From Bacillota bacterium (GTDB lineage: Bacteria; Bacillota; Clostridia; Acetivibrionales; JANLFN01): a stretch of DNA of 64,000 nt. Position numbers and translations under genes: made by a program. The stretch is from contig JAEWTV010000128.1 in the NCBI GenBank assembly GCA_023397675.1, forward strand, positions 76,900 through 140,899. Direction: 5' to 3'. Of the stretch, positions 15,933 through 24,515 are shown piece after piece. The notes under the pieces were generated by a model. That model was not told the DNA's origin, did not search any database, and saw only the letters and a program-made list of their open reading frames with translations. The first letter of the stretch is position 1, and every line of letters starts with the position of its first letter.

Positions 15933-18422
15933 ATGGGTAAGTTTTTAGAACTTCTGGCACCAGCAGGAGATAAGGAAGCGTTTCTTGCAGCAATTGAGAA
16001 TGGTGCGGATGCAGTATATCTTGGCGGTAAAATTTTAAACGCAAGACAGTTTGCAGGCAATTTCGGCTCAGAAGAGCTGTCCGAAGCAATCAGGTATGCT
16101 CATGTAAGGGATGTGAATGTTTATCTTACAATGAATACCCTCGTATCGGATGAAGAGTTGCCGGAAGCCTTGAACTTTGCGAAAGAGGCATATCTGCTAG
16201 GAATAGATGCAGTTATTGTTCAGGATTTAGGGTTTGCCGGCTTACTCCATAAAGAACTTCCAGATTTACATCTTCATGCTAGTACACAGATGACGGTATA
16301 TAATCTTGAAGGTGTAAGAATGCTGGAAAGCCTGGGCTTTAAGAGGGTTGTTCTAGCCAGGGAATTATCGGTGGACGAAATACGGCACATATGTAAAAGC
16401 ACTGATTTGGAGGTAGAGGTCTTCATACATGGTGCTTTGTGCATAAGCTACTCTGGACAGTGCCTGATGAGCAGTATAATAGGAGGAAGGAGCGGTAACA
16501 GGGGAAAGTGTGCCCAGCCCTGCCGTCTCCCTTACTCACTTCTTAAAGACAACAAAACAATCAATCCGGTTGAAAATAGTAAAACTGAAACGGCATACCT
16601 GTTAAGCCCAAAGGATATATGTACCGTAGGGTTCATTGACAAGATAGCCCAGACAGGAGTCAAATCGCTGAAAATAGAAGGCAGGATGAAAAATCCGGAA
16701 TATGTTGCTACTGTAGTTAGTACCTATCGGAAGTACTTAAATGGAGTAGATAACGGAACGAAGTTAACTGTTGATGATAATGATAAAAGGAAACTGACAC
16801 AGATTTTCAATAGGGGTGGCTTTTCAAAGGGCTACTTTATAGGGAAGACCGGCAGGGACATTATGTGCTGGGAAAAGCCTAAAAACTGGGGTCTATATGC
16901 AGGCAATGTACTTTCCTACACAAAAGAAACAGGACTTTTAAAAATAAGTCTTAAGGAAAACCTTTCAATCGGTGATGGTATTGAAATATGGAATGGGGAG
17001 AATGAAAGTCCGGGAACTGTTATAAGCTGGATGTCATCGGGAGAGAAAAGCATAAATTCAGCCCAACCCGGAACCGTTGTAACCGTAGGAAAAGTCAAAG
17101 GAAGAATATCAAAGGGTGACAAGGTATACAAAACTTCTGACAAGCTTTTGATTTCAGAAGCATTGGAGTCATTCAGAAAACCGAAAAGAAAAACAGTAAT
17201 ACAAGGAATTTTTGAACTTAAAGCCGATAAACCGGCAGTACTTGCTGTAATTGACAGACAGGGGAATTCAGTTCGGGTAGAGGGTTCTGCTGTTCCAGAA
17301 GCAGCTGTTAACAAACCGCTTAGCAGCCAAAGAGTTATTGAGCAGCTACAAAAGACAGGAGCTACACCCTTTGAGTTTGAAAAGATTGATGTACATTCCG
17401 ACAATAACCTTACTATACCCTTGAGCGAAATAAATGATATAAGAAGAAGAGCACTTGATGAACTGGAACTTATAAGAGGGAATAATAACCGGGAATTACC
17501 GTCTGGTTTAACTATTCCTGTATCGAGGCAAAAGCATGATTCAAATAATGTTATACAGCCCAAAATATCAGCTCTTTTTATGACTCCAAGACCTGAACTT
17601 GATTTTAATTCTGTTGAAGCTGACAGGATATACCTGCCTTTTGAGTACTATTCGGGTATGGGCTGGGAACGCTTAAGTGAAATATGCAAAAGCAATAAAG
17701 CACAGGTTTTTCTGTGGCTTCCCTCCATTACAAGAGGTAATTATGATAATTTGATTATATCTAGGCTCAACAAACTTGCAGAATCGGGAATTGATGGAGT
17801 AATGGTAGGAAACCCCGGAAGTATTAATTATTTTAAAGACTTTAAAAAACTTGCTATAACCGGGGATTACTCGTTAAATGTCTTTAATAGTCTTACACTT
17901 GAAGAACTAAAATATATGGGACTTGCAGGGGCTACACTTTCATTGGAACTAACACTTGGACAGGTTAGGGCAATGACAGCACCTTTGGATTTTGAAAAGG
18001 AGATTGTTGTATACGGAAGAATTCCTTTAATGACCTCCGAGTATTGCCCAGTTGGAAGTGTTACAGGAGGCTTTACGTCAGAAACCAAGTGTAATATTCC
18101 TTGCAAATCAGGCAATTATAGGCTTAAAGACCGTAAAGGTATAGAATTCCCGGTTCTTTGTGATAACATTGACTGCAGAAGTACTATACTAAATTCAACT
18201 TCGCTCTTTTTGGCAGATAACATTAAGAAGTCTGATTTTTCAGGTATAGATTATATAAGGCTTAACATATTTGATGAAACTCCTGAAAGGGTTCAAAAGC
18301 TGCTAAAGCTTCACAGACAGGCCCTTGAGGATTTTCAGGCTGTAAAGGCGAATTTTGCAGATGTGGTTGAAGAAATAAGAAGCGAGGGCTTTACAAGGGG
18401 TCATTACTATAGAGGGGTTTGA
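15933..18422 (+). CDS. Peptidase U32 family protein, long form (PrtC/collagenase-like) with a C-terminal DUF3656-like region
   Basis: ELLAPAG..AIENGADAVYLGG start, U32 signature E.FIHGALCISYSGQC and CAQPCR. GGAGGA lies upstream of ATG 15933. Confidence 0.85.
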   Translation: MGKFLELLAPAGDKEAFLAAIENGADAVYLGGKILNARQFAGNFGSEELSEAIRYAHVRDVNVYLTMNTLVSDEELPEALNFAKEAYLLGIDAVIVQDLGFAGLLHKELPDLHLHASTQMTVYNLEGVRMLESLGFKRVVLARELSVDEIRHICKSTDLEVEVFIHGALCISYSGQCLMSSIIGGRSGNRGKCAQPCRLPYSLLKDNKTINPVENSKTETAYLLSPKDICTVGFIDKIAQTGVKSLKIEGRMKNPEYVATVVSTYRKYLNGVDNGTKLTVDDNDKRKLTQIFNRGGFSKGYFIGKTGRDIMCWEKPKNWGLYAGNVLSYTKETGLLKISLKENLSIGDGIEIWNGENESPGTVISWMSSGEKSINSAQPGTVVTVGKVKGRISKGDKVYKTSDKLLISEALESFRKPKRKTVIQGIFELKADKPAVLAVIDRQGNSVRVEGSAVPEAAVNKPLSSQRVIEQLQKTGATPFEFEKIDVHSDNNLTIPLSEINDIRRRALDELELIRGNNNRELPSGLTIPVSRQKHDSNNVIQPKISALFMTPRPELDFNSVEADRIYLPFEYYSGMGWERLSEICKSNKAQVFLWLPSITRGNYDNLIISRLNKLAESGIDGVMVGNPGSINYFKDFKKLAITGDYSLNVFNSLTLEELKYMGLAGATLSLELTLGQVRAMTAPLDFEKEIVVYGRIPLMTSEYCPVGSVTGGFTSETKCNIPCKSGNYRLKDRKGIEFPVLCDNIDCRSTILNSTSLFLADNIKKSDFSGIDYIRLNIFDETPERVQKLLKLHRQALEDFQAVKANFADVVEEIRSEGFTRGHYYRGV

Positions 18423-18444
18423 GGTATTAACAGGGGGTAGAACC

Positions 18445-18921
18445 ATGAAAATCAAAGTTAAATATTTTGAAAATGCAACCAGATTGAAAAAAATTATAAA
18501 GGGCAACTGGATCGATGTATATGCAAACAAGGATGTTTTTGTAAGGGTGGGAGAAAGTGCTATGATTCCGCTCGGATTTGCTATGGAACTTCCGCAGGGA
18601 TGGGAAGCACACCTGGCTCCAAGGAGCTCAACCTTCAAAACCTGGGGGATTATTCAGACAAATTCAGTAGGTGTAGTTGACGATACGTATATTGGGGACA
18701 ATGACCAATGGCATATGCCGGTATATTGCCTCAAGGGTAAACATACTGAAAACTCTCTGGTAGCCATGGAAGGAATACAGCCTGAAGGCACATGGGTTAA
18801 AAAAGGGGATAAGATAGGTCAGTTCAGAATAATGGAAGTTATGCCTGAAATTGAGTTCGAGGAAGTAGATTCATTAGGAAATGCAGAACGAGGCGGTTTT
18901 GGTTCCACCGGAACGAAATAA
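18445..18921 (+). CDS. dut: dUTP diphosphatase
   Basis: Motif 3 GVVDDTYIGDND and C-terminal motif 5 RGGFGSTG. Confidence 0.8.
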   Translation: MKIKVKYFENATRLKKIIKGNWIDVYANKDVFVRVGESAMIPLGFAMELPQGWEAHLAPRSSTFKTWGIIQTNSVGVVDDTYIGDNDQWHMPVYCLKGKHTENSLVAMEGIQPEGTWVKKGDKIGQFRIMEVMPEIEFEEVDSLGNAERGGFGSTGTK

Positions 18922-19047
18922 AAGATGTCACAAATATAGCAAATGTTAGTTTCAAAATGTGATGAACAACGGTTATTATTCAACTCCAGTCCGAATATTA
19001 ATTTATTAAATGGATTAACAAATCCGATTAAACTGGGGGGTGTAACC

Positions 19048-19518
19048 GTGTCTTTATATTCACTTTTGGGTTTCCTGAGTGCTTTTTTGGTATTCTTTTT
19101 TATCATTGTATTGGTTTTGTATGTACTGCTTTCCTATGGCCTTTATAAGCTGGCATTGGGCAGGAAAATGCAAAATGAGTGGCTTGCTTTTGTGCCTATA
19201 GCTCAATTATATTTATTGGGTAAGCTTATAAAAAAGGTAACAATCTTCAACAATGATATTCCCTGTATCGAAGTGGTATTACCTGTTTCAGCAGTAGTAA
19301 CAGGAGTGCTTGCAGGTATTCCAGTGCTTGGCCTGCTTCTTTCACTTGCCTTTGCGGTACTTGTATATGTAAGCTTTTACAGGCTTTTCAGAATGTATAA
19401 ATCAAAAGAGGAAGCGGATGTTATGATTATTGTAAGCATTGTGAGTATAGTTCTTTTTGGATTCATGCTTCCGGTTTATGTATTCCTCATGAAGGACTCA
19501 AAACCAAGAGAGGCCTGA
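19048..19518 (+). CDS. Hypothetical integral membrane protein
   Basis: Four hydrophobic segments. GGGGGG lies upstream of GTG 19048. The N-terminal 35 aa of the track ORF look non-coding. Confidence 0.5.
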   Translation: MSLYSLLGFLSAFLVFFFIIVLVLYVLLSYGLYKLALGRKMQNEWLAFVPIAQLYLLGKLIKKVTIFNNDIPCIEVVLPVSAVVTGVLAGIPVLGLLLSLAFAVLVYVSFYRLFRMYKSKEEADVMIIVSIVSIVLFGFMLPVYVFLMKDSKPREA

Positions 19519-19527
19519 GCATAGTCA

Positions 19528-19558
19528 TAAAAAAGAAAGGGCGAAGGCCCTTTCTTTA
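19528..19558. terminator. Bidirectional terminator between convergent genes
   Basis: AAAGAAAGGGC (19532-19542) pairs with GCCCTTTCTTT (19547-19557) around a GAAG loop. Confidence 0.8.
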
Positions 19559-20419
19559 GCTTATATCTCGTTTTCTAAATTTCCTAATTGAAAGAAGAAT
19601 AAGTCCGGATATATATATAAATACATACAACAGCATCCATGAACTTGGTGTTGCTCCTGATGATATATTTCCGCTTGAAAATAAGTTTATGAATGGGTTT
19701 GTAAATCCTGTTCCTGAGAAAAAATTACCGATAAGCTCACGGTATATAACATCAAATGGAGAAATCAGGCTTGATAATATTCCAAGCGAGTTTATTACAT
19801 CATTGCTTATTAATACGCCTACCTGCTCGAAAATACTACCCAAAAGTCCTAAAATGTAAATTGCAATTACAAATATTCCGCTTCCAAGAGTTTTAAAGGA
19901 AGTGCTGCTGAAAACAGAAAGAGAAAGTATTGCCAGGGGTTCAAGGATGAAAAAGAATAATCCTTTTAATATCATGCCGGTGCTAAACGTACCTATAAAG
20001 TTTGGTGTAATTACCCAATAGATTAGAATCAGAGCAAGATACAGCAGGATAGAATACGAAACTATTAAAATAGCTATTCCAAGATATTTGCCCAATATAT
20101 AACTACTTCTTTTTAAAGGTCTTGTAATTATTGAGTGGAGCACACCACTTTCAATTTCTGATGATACCGAGCCAACTGAAACCATTATGGTAAGAAAAGC
20201 AACAAGCATGCTTGAGAAATAGAATCCCAGAATTGATATAAAAGTTGATGCAACAATATACAAGTTTACAGTGGATTTCCCAAAGGAGACTTGGTTTTTG
20301 CATACATAATAAGTAATGAGAGTTAATATTACAAGGTATATTACTGTAAGAATTGCTATCAGGAGAATAACCTTTTTCCTTAATGCTTCCTTTAGTGAAG
20401 CCATGACTATTGGAATCAT
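19556..20419 (-). CDS. ABC-2 type transporter permease
   Basis: Six-TM profile; start is translationally coupled (4-nt overlap) to the upstream ATPase. Confidence 0.75.
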   Translation of the reverse strand: MIPIVMASLKEALRKKVILLIAILTVIYLVILTLITYYVCKNQVSFGKSTVNLYIVASTFISILGFYFSSMLVAFLTIMVSVGSVSSEIESGVLHSIITRPLKRSSYILGKYLGIAILIVSYSILLYLALILIYWVITPNFIGTFSTGMILKGLFFFILEPLAILSLSVFSSTSFKTLGSGIFVIAIYILGLLGSIFEQVGVLISNDVINSLGILSSLISPFDVIYRELIGNFFSGTGFTNPFINLFSSGNISSGATPSSWMLLYVFIYISGLILLSIRKFRKRDIS

Positions 20420-21333
20420 GTTTCCTCACCGCCTTCAATAAGACTTATGAACAAGCTTTCAAGGCTTTCCCGTTTTGGATGAAGCTCATAAAGGCTTCCT
20501 CCGTTTTCGATTATAATATGTGCGATGTCATTAATATCATTTCGGTCTTCAATTGACATTTCCAACCTGTTTCCTGTAACCGAAATATTATCTGAATATT
20601 GTTTTAAATGGCTTAATAAAGCTTGAGTCAAGCCATCTGCACAAATTTCCAGAATAAGCTTTCCTTCAAGTATCTCATTTGTTTTTCCCTGCTTTATTAT
20701 TGAACCACGTTTAATTATTGCAATGCTGTCACAAATCATTTCAACCTCACTTAAGAGGTGGCTGTTAAGTAATACAGATTTGCCGCGTTTTTTAAGCCCA
20801 AGCATGATATTACGTACTTCTTTCCTGCCGATAGGATCAAGTGCTGATGTAGGTTCATCAAGAAACAGAATATCTGGATCCGCAATAAGTGCACACGCAA
20901 TACCTATACGTTGCTGCATACCTTTGCTGTAGGTCGATATCTTGTAATTTTCGCTTCCTTTAAGCTTTACTTCATTAAGAACATCATCAATTCTTGTGTC
21001 TGTCAGTTTCCTGTCAAGCTTGCATAAAGCAGCATGAAATGACAGGAGGTCAACCCCTGTCATCCATTCCTGGTACTTAAAATTTTCCGGAAGATATCCT
21101 ATTTTTTTTCGTACATCTTCATTGCCAATCGGTTTTCCTAATAGATAAGCTTCTCCGGAGGTTTTATGAATGAGACCTACAATTGTTTTGATAAATGTAC
21201 TTTTACCTGCACCGTTAGGTCCCAGGAGCCCGAATATCTCACCCTTTTTAACCGATATGTTTATATTGCGGCAGCCAATTTTATTACCATAGTATTTAGT
21301 TAAATTACTTGTCTCGAGAACCGTTTCAAGCAT
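20416..21333 (-). CDS. ABC transporter ATP-binding protein
   Basis: Walker A GPNGAGKST, signature YSKGMQQR, Walker B ILFLDEPTSALD. Confidence 0.9.
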   Translation of the reverse strand: MLETVLETSNLTKYYGNKIGCRNINISVKKGEIFGLLGPNGAGKSTFIKTIVGLIHKTSGEAYLLGKPIGNEDVRKKIGYLPENFKYQEWMTGVDLLSFHAALCKLDRKLTDTRIDDVLNEVKLKGSENYKISTYSKGMQQRIGIACALIADPDILFLDEPTSALDPIGRKEVRNIMLGLKKRGKSVLLNSHLLSEVEMICDSIAIIKRGSIIKQGKTNEILEGKLILEICADGLTQALLSHLKQYSDNISVTGNRLEMSIEDRNDINDIAHIIIENGGSLYELHPKRESLESLFISLIEGGEET

Positions 21334-21337
21334 TCTG

Positions 21338-22459
21338 TCACCTCATGGATTTTGCAAGATTAAGAAGTTCATCCCTGCTCAGATCACCTGTTATCCCTCT
21401 TATAATCCCGCCATCTGACCATATGATTGCAGCTTGGGAGGAATCGTTATTATTGTCTAACCGCGGGTATAAATAACCTTTAACTCCGTTTAAATCAACT
21501 TCTTCTGTCTTGTTTTCAACAACCGGAATAAAAAGAGTATTCCTCCAATCCTTTACGGCTTTAAACTGTTTTTGAATACTGTCGGGCAGTATAGGGAGTC
21601 CAACCATAGCTTCATATATTTCATCGGCATTAACACCGTCAGGAATTATAATTTGAGGTGCCCTTGTCTGTATAATGTTAAATATCTTACCGTTAATATG
21701 GTACGATGTATTTACAACAAGAGGTGTTTTTAGTTCGAAGGCTTTTCCTGTAATGTTTTCCGGAAGCAGTTTAGTTGCTCCAAAACTCTTCATAATTGTG
21801 TTTACCTTACTGGCACTCATATTAAAAGCTACCGACATGGGGTCTGTTATGGATATCTCAGGGGTTGAATCCTTAAGAATGCCGGGGAACTGTATTTTAA
21901 AGTCTTGTAAAGCTGTTGCTTCTGATAGGGAAGCCCGCTTCTGTTCTCCACCCTTAACGCTGATTTTACCCATGCTCTTAAGATCTATTTCAGGTGCTTT
22001 GCTTTGAAGCTGTTTTTGTATACTATCAATATCATTAATAGTGAAGTTTATTCCCGTTAGGCTTTCAGCCCTGAATATTGAAAGCATATCCGAAACGGCA
22101 GCTCTGACTGGTTGTATTGTGGTATATGAGGTAACAAATGCGACTGCTGCAGCTATTGCTGCAATCTTTTTGTACTTAACAGTAAATGCTGTAATGCGGC
22201 CCGGTTTTTTTGAATCTTCCTTTTTCATAGCTGCTTTTGCTGGATTAAAAGGTTTTATCTGGGGAACGATGTTTTCTTCCATATAATTTTTATATTCTCC
22301 TATTACATCAGACATAAAATCATTACCGTTTTTTAACTCCTTATATTGAAGGCTACATTTATCACACTTCAAAAGGTGGTTTTCAAACTCATTTTTCTGG
22401 GCGTTTCCAAGTTCACCATCTATATATGTTTGTATAATATCTATCGAAGGACATTTCAT
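21338..22459 (-). CDS. Anti-sigma factor (zf-HC2 N-terminus, single TM, extracytoplasmic domain)
   Basis: MKCPSIDIIQTYIDGELGNAQKNEFENHLLKCDKC matches the H-x3-C-x2-C anti-sigma motif. Its ATG starts 1 nt after the sigma stop codon. Confidence 0.8.
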   Translation of the reverse strand: MKCPSIDIIQTYIDGELGNAQKNEFENHLLKCDKCSLQYKELKNGNDFMSDVIGEYKNYMEENIVPQIKPFNPAKAAMKKEDSKKPGRITAFTVKYKKIAAIAAAVAFVTSYTTIQPVRAAVSDMLSIFRAESLTGINFTINDIDSIQKQLQSKAPEIDLKSMGKISVKGGEQKRASLSEATALQDFKIQFPGILKDSTPEISITDPMSVAFNMSASKVNTIMKSFGATKLLPENITGKAFELKTPLVVNTSYHINGKIFNIIQTRAPQIIIPDGVNADEIYEAMVGLPILPDSIQKQFKAVKDWRNTLFIPVVENKTEEVDLNGVKGYLYPRLDNNNDSSQAAIIWSDGGIIRGITGDLSRDELLNLAKSMR

Positions 22460-22460
22460 A

Positions 22461-23012
22461 CTATTCGACCTCCTTTGAATACTTCTCTTTAAACTTTGCC
22501 TGTGCCCGTGTAAGGGTCTTGCCGACTGAGTTTTTTTCAATACCCGTCATTTCAGCTATTTCATCATACTTGTAGCCTGAAGATTTAAGCAGGATACAAA
22601 GCCTGTCTCTGGGATCCATGCTGTCCAGAACCTTTTTTATGGAACGTATCTCCAGATTCTTTATTGCAGCATCCTCAATTGAAATTACATTGGAAGCTTC
22701 AATCTCTTCGGCGGCAGGCTCTTTACTCTGCCTCGTCTTAAGACTCCTCAGGTAGTTATAGGTAAGGTTTGTAGAAACCTTGGTGAGCCAGGCCACTATG
22801 TTTGTGTGCGACGGCGGTATGTTATAAAGCTTTATAAAGGTTTCTTGCGTAATATCTTCAGCCGCTTGCGCATTACCTGTAAGATAAGCCACATGCTTGT
22901 ATATTGTTTTATAATGGGTTTGGTAGCAGCTTTCGAAATCCGGCTGTGAAGCCGGTTCTTCAGCTTTTTTAAATATATTCAGCTGTAAAATGTATATCCC
23001 TCCCTGCTCAAA
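22461..23012 (-). CDS. ECF (sigma-70 family) RNA polymerase sigma factor; start uncertain (TTG 23012 or ATG 23051)
   Basis: Region 2 FESCYQTHYKTIYKHVAYLTGNAQAAEDITQETFIKLY and region 4 RLCILLKSSGYKYDEIAEMTGI. The reading frame is open upstream of the track start at 22892 and encodes region 2.1. Confidence 0.8.
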   Translation of the reverse strand, partial: FEQGGIYILQLNIFKKAEEPASQPDFESCYQTHYKTIYKHVAYLTGNAQAAEDITQETFIKLYNIPPSHTNIVAWLTKVSTNLTYNYLRSLKTRQSKEPAAEEIEASNVISIEDAAIKNLEIRSIKKVLDSMDPRDRLCILLKSSGYKYDEIAEMTGIEKNSVGKTLTRAQAKFKEKYSKEVE

Positions 23013-23130
23013 GACTTCCAGAAGTTTTGGTTTTCAAATATATAACACATATTGCAGCTGTTTTGTGACATCAAAATTATATTATCACAAATAATCTTTC
23101 TCTTGGATTGTTATTTTTAGTAGCGACTTG

Positions 23131-23156
23131 TGAAACAATGGTAAAACTTTTTCGTC
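23131..23156 (+). promoter_or_regulatory. ECF-sigma-type promoter (TGAAAC-N16-CGTC) facing the GH18 gene
   Basis: TGAAAC 23131-23136 and CGTC 23153-23156 with a 16-nt spacer, 60 nt upstream of ATG 23217. Confidence 0.5.
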
Positions 23157-23216
23157 TACTAGAAAAAGATGTTATAATTAATTTATAACATACAAATATA
23201 CATAGGAGATGTTTTA

Positions 23217-24491
23217 ATGAAAAAGTTTATAACTTACATACTAACAGCAGCGTTAACGGCTGTTTTATTTGTTTCGCCTGCTGCAGCTACTCAGACCAGC
23301 AAGGTGTACATAGACAACGTTCAGCTTTCAACCGCACAGCCTGAATTTAAGAACGGCAGCATGGCCCTACCTTTCAGAGCAGCAGCGGAGGCCATAGGTG
23401 TAAAAGTTGACTGGGAAGCTTCCCAAAAGAAAATTACCGCTACCAACGGAAACAAGGTAGTCGTACTTCAAATAGGTAAAATCAATGCAACTGTAGACGG
23501 CACTACTGTGAAGCTCCCTTTTGCTCCATATCTGGCGCAGCAGGGCACAATGATACCTGCAAGATTTTTTGCAAGCACTTTCGGATGCCAGGTTAATTGG
23601 AACCAGGCTGAAGCTTCTGCATACATAGTTACACCTGTTAAAAAGATGACTGTTGTGGGTTATTATGGACTTGGTTCGGGTGCTACAAGCAGTTGGGAAG
23701 ATCTTTTTACTACCAAATACCCTGAAACTGCTGTTGGAAATACCGGGCTTATAAGTGATCTTGCACTTGCATGGTATACTCTTGACAGCCAATACAATCT
23801 TGTTTCAAATGATACTGTTTCGGGGTGGAAAAAACCTGAGGGCAGCAGTTGGACTTATGTTATTGACGCTGCAAGTAAATACAATATGAGTACCGAGATG
23901 ACAATATTGTCTACAGATGATACCAACCAATCGCTATATAGTCTTCTAAAAGACTCTGCTACAGTTGAAAAGGTGACTGACAGCATAGTAAATGAGGCGT
24001 CAGCCTATAAAGGGGTGAACCTTGATTTTGAGGGACTGGGGCTCAATGAATCTAGTTCTGAGCTTCAGGCTGTAAAGGATTCATATACAGCTTTTGTAAA
24101 GAAGCTTTCGGATAAGCTCAAAGCAAAAGGCTTAAACTTAACACTGACACTTCCTGCAATAAACAGCTGGTATAAAGGCTATGACTATGCAGCTCTAGGT
24201 AAAATTGCAGACAGAATAATAATCATGGCATATGATTATAATGACTCTGCTAACAGAACATCTCCTGAGCCTGTAAACAAGGTGATGGAAGCTGTTGAGA
24301 AGGCAAAGGCATTGGTGTCTGCTGACAAGCTGGTTCTTGGAATAAATGCGGATCATGAAACAGAAAATACTATAAATGACAAGGTCGGGATAGCCAAAAG
24401 GTATGGATTAAAAGGAATAGCTATATGGAGACTGGGGCTTGTTACAAATGAAATGTGGTCTAAACTTGGGGAAACTGTAACTGCAAAATAA
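23217..24491 (+). CDS. Secreted protein: copper-amine-oxidase-like N-terminal (stalk) domain plus a GH18 (chitinase/YaaH-like) domain
   Basis: Signal peptide, stalk domain ..MALPFRAAAEAIGVKVDWE..MIPARFFASTFG.., and GH18 catalytic-type motif GVNLDFEGL. Confidence 0.8.
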   Translation: MKKFITYILTAALTAVLFVSPAAATQTSKVYIDNVQLSTAQPEFKNGSMALPFRAAAEAIGVKVDWEASQKKITATNGNKVVVLQIGKINATVDGTTVKLPFAPYLAQQGTMIPARFFASTFGCQVNWNQAEASAYIVTPVKKMTVVGYYGLGSGATSSWEDLFTTKYPETAVGNTGLISDLALAWYTLDSQYNLVSNDTVSGWKKPEGSSWTYVIDAASKYNMSTEMTILSTDDTNQSLYSLLKDSATVEKVTDSIVNEASAYKGVNLDFEGLGLNESSSELQAVKDSYTAFVKKLSDKLKAKGLNLTLTLPAINSWYKGYDYAALGKIADRIIIMAYDYNDSANRTSPEPVNKVMEAVEKAKALVSADKLVLGINADHETENTINDKVGIAKRYGLKGIAIWRLGLVTNEMWSKLGETVTAK

Positions 24492-24515
24492 TTTTAATAA
24501 TATTACTTACTTGAG

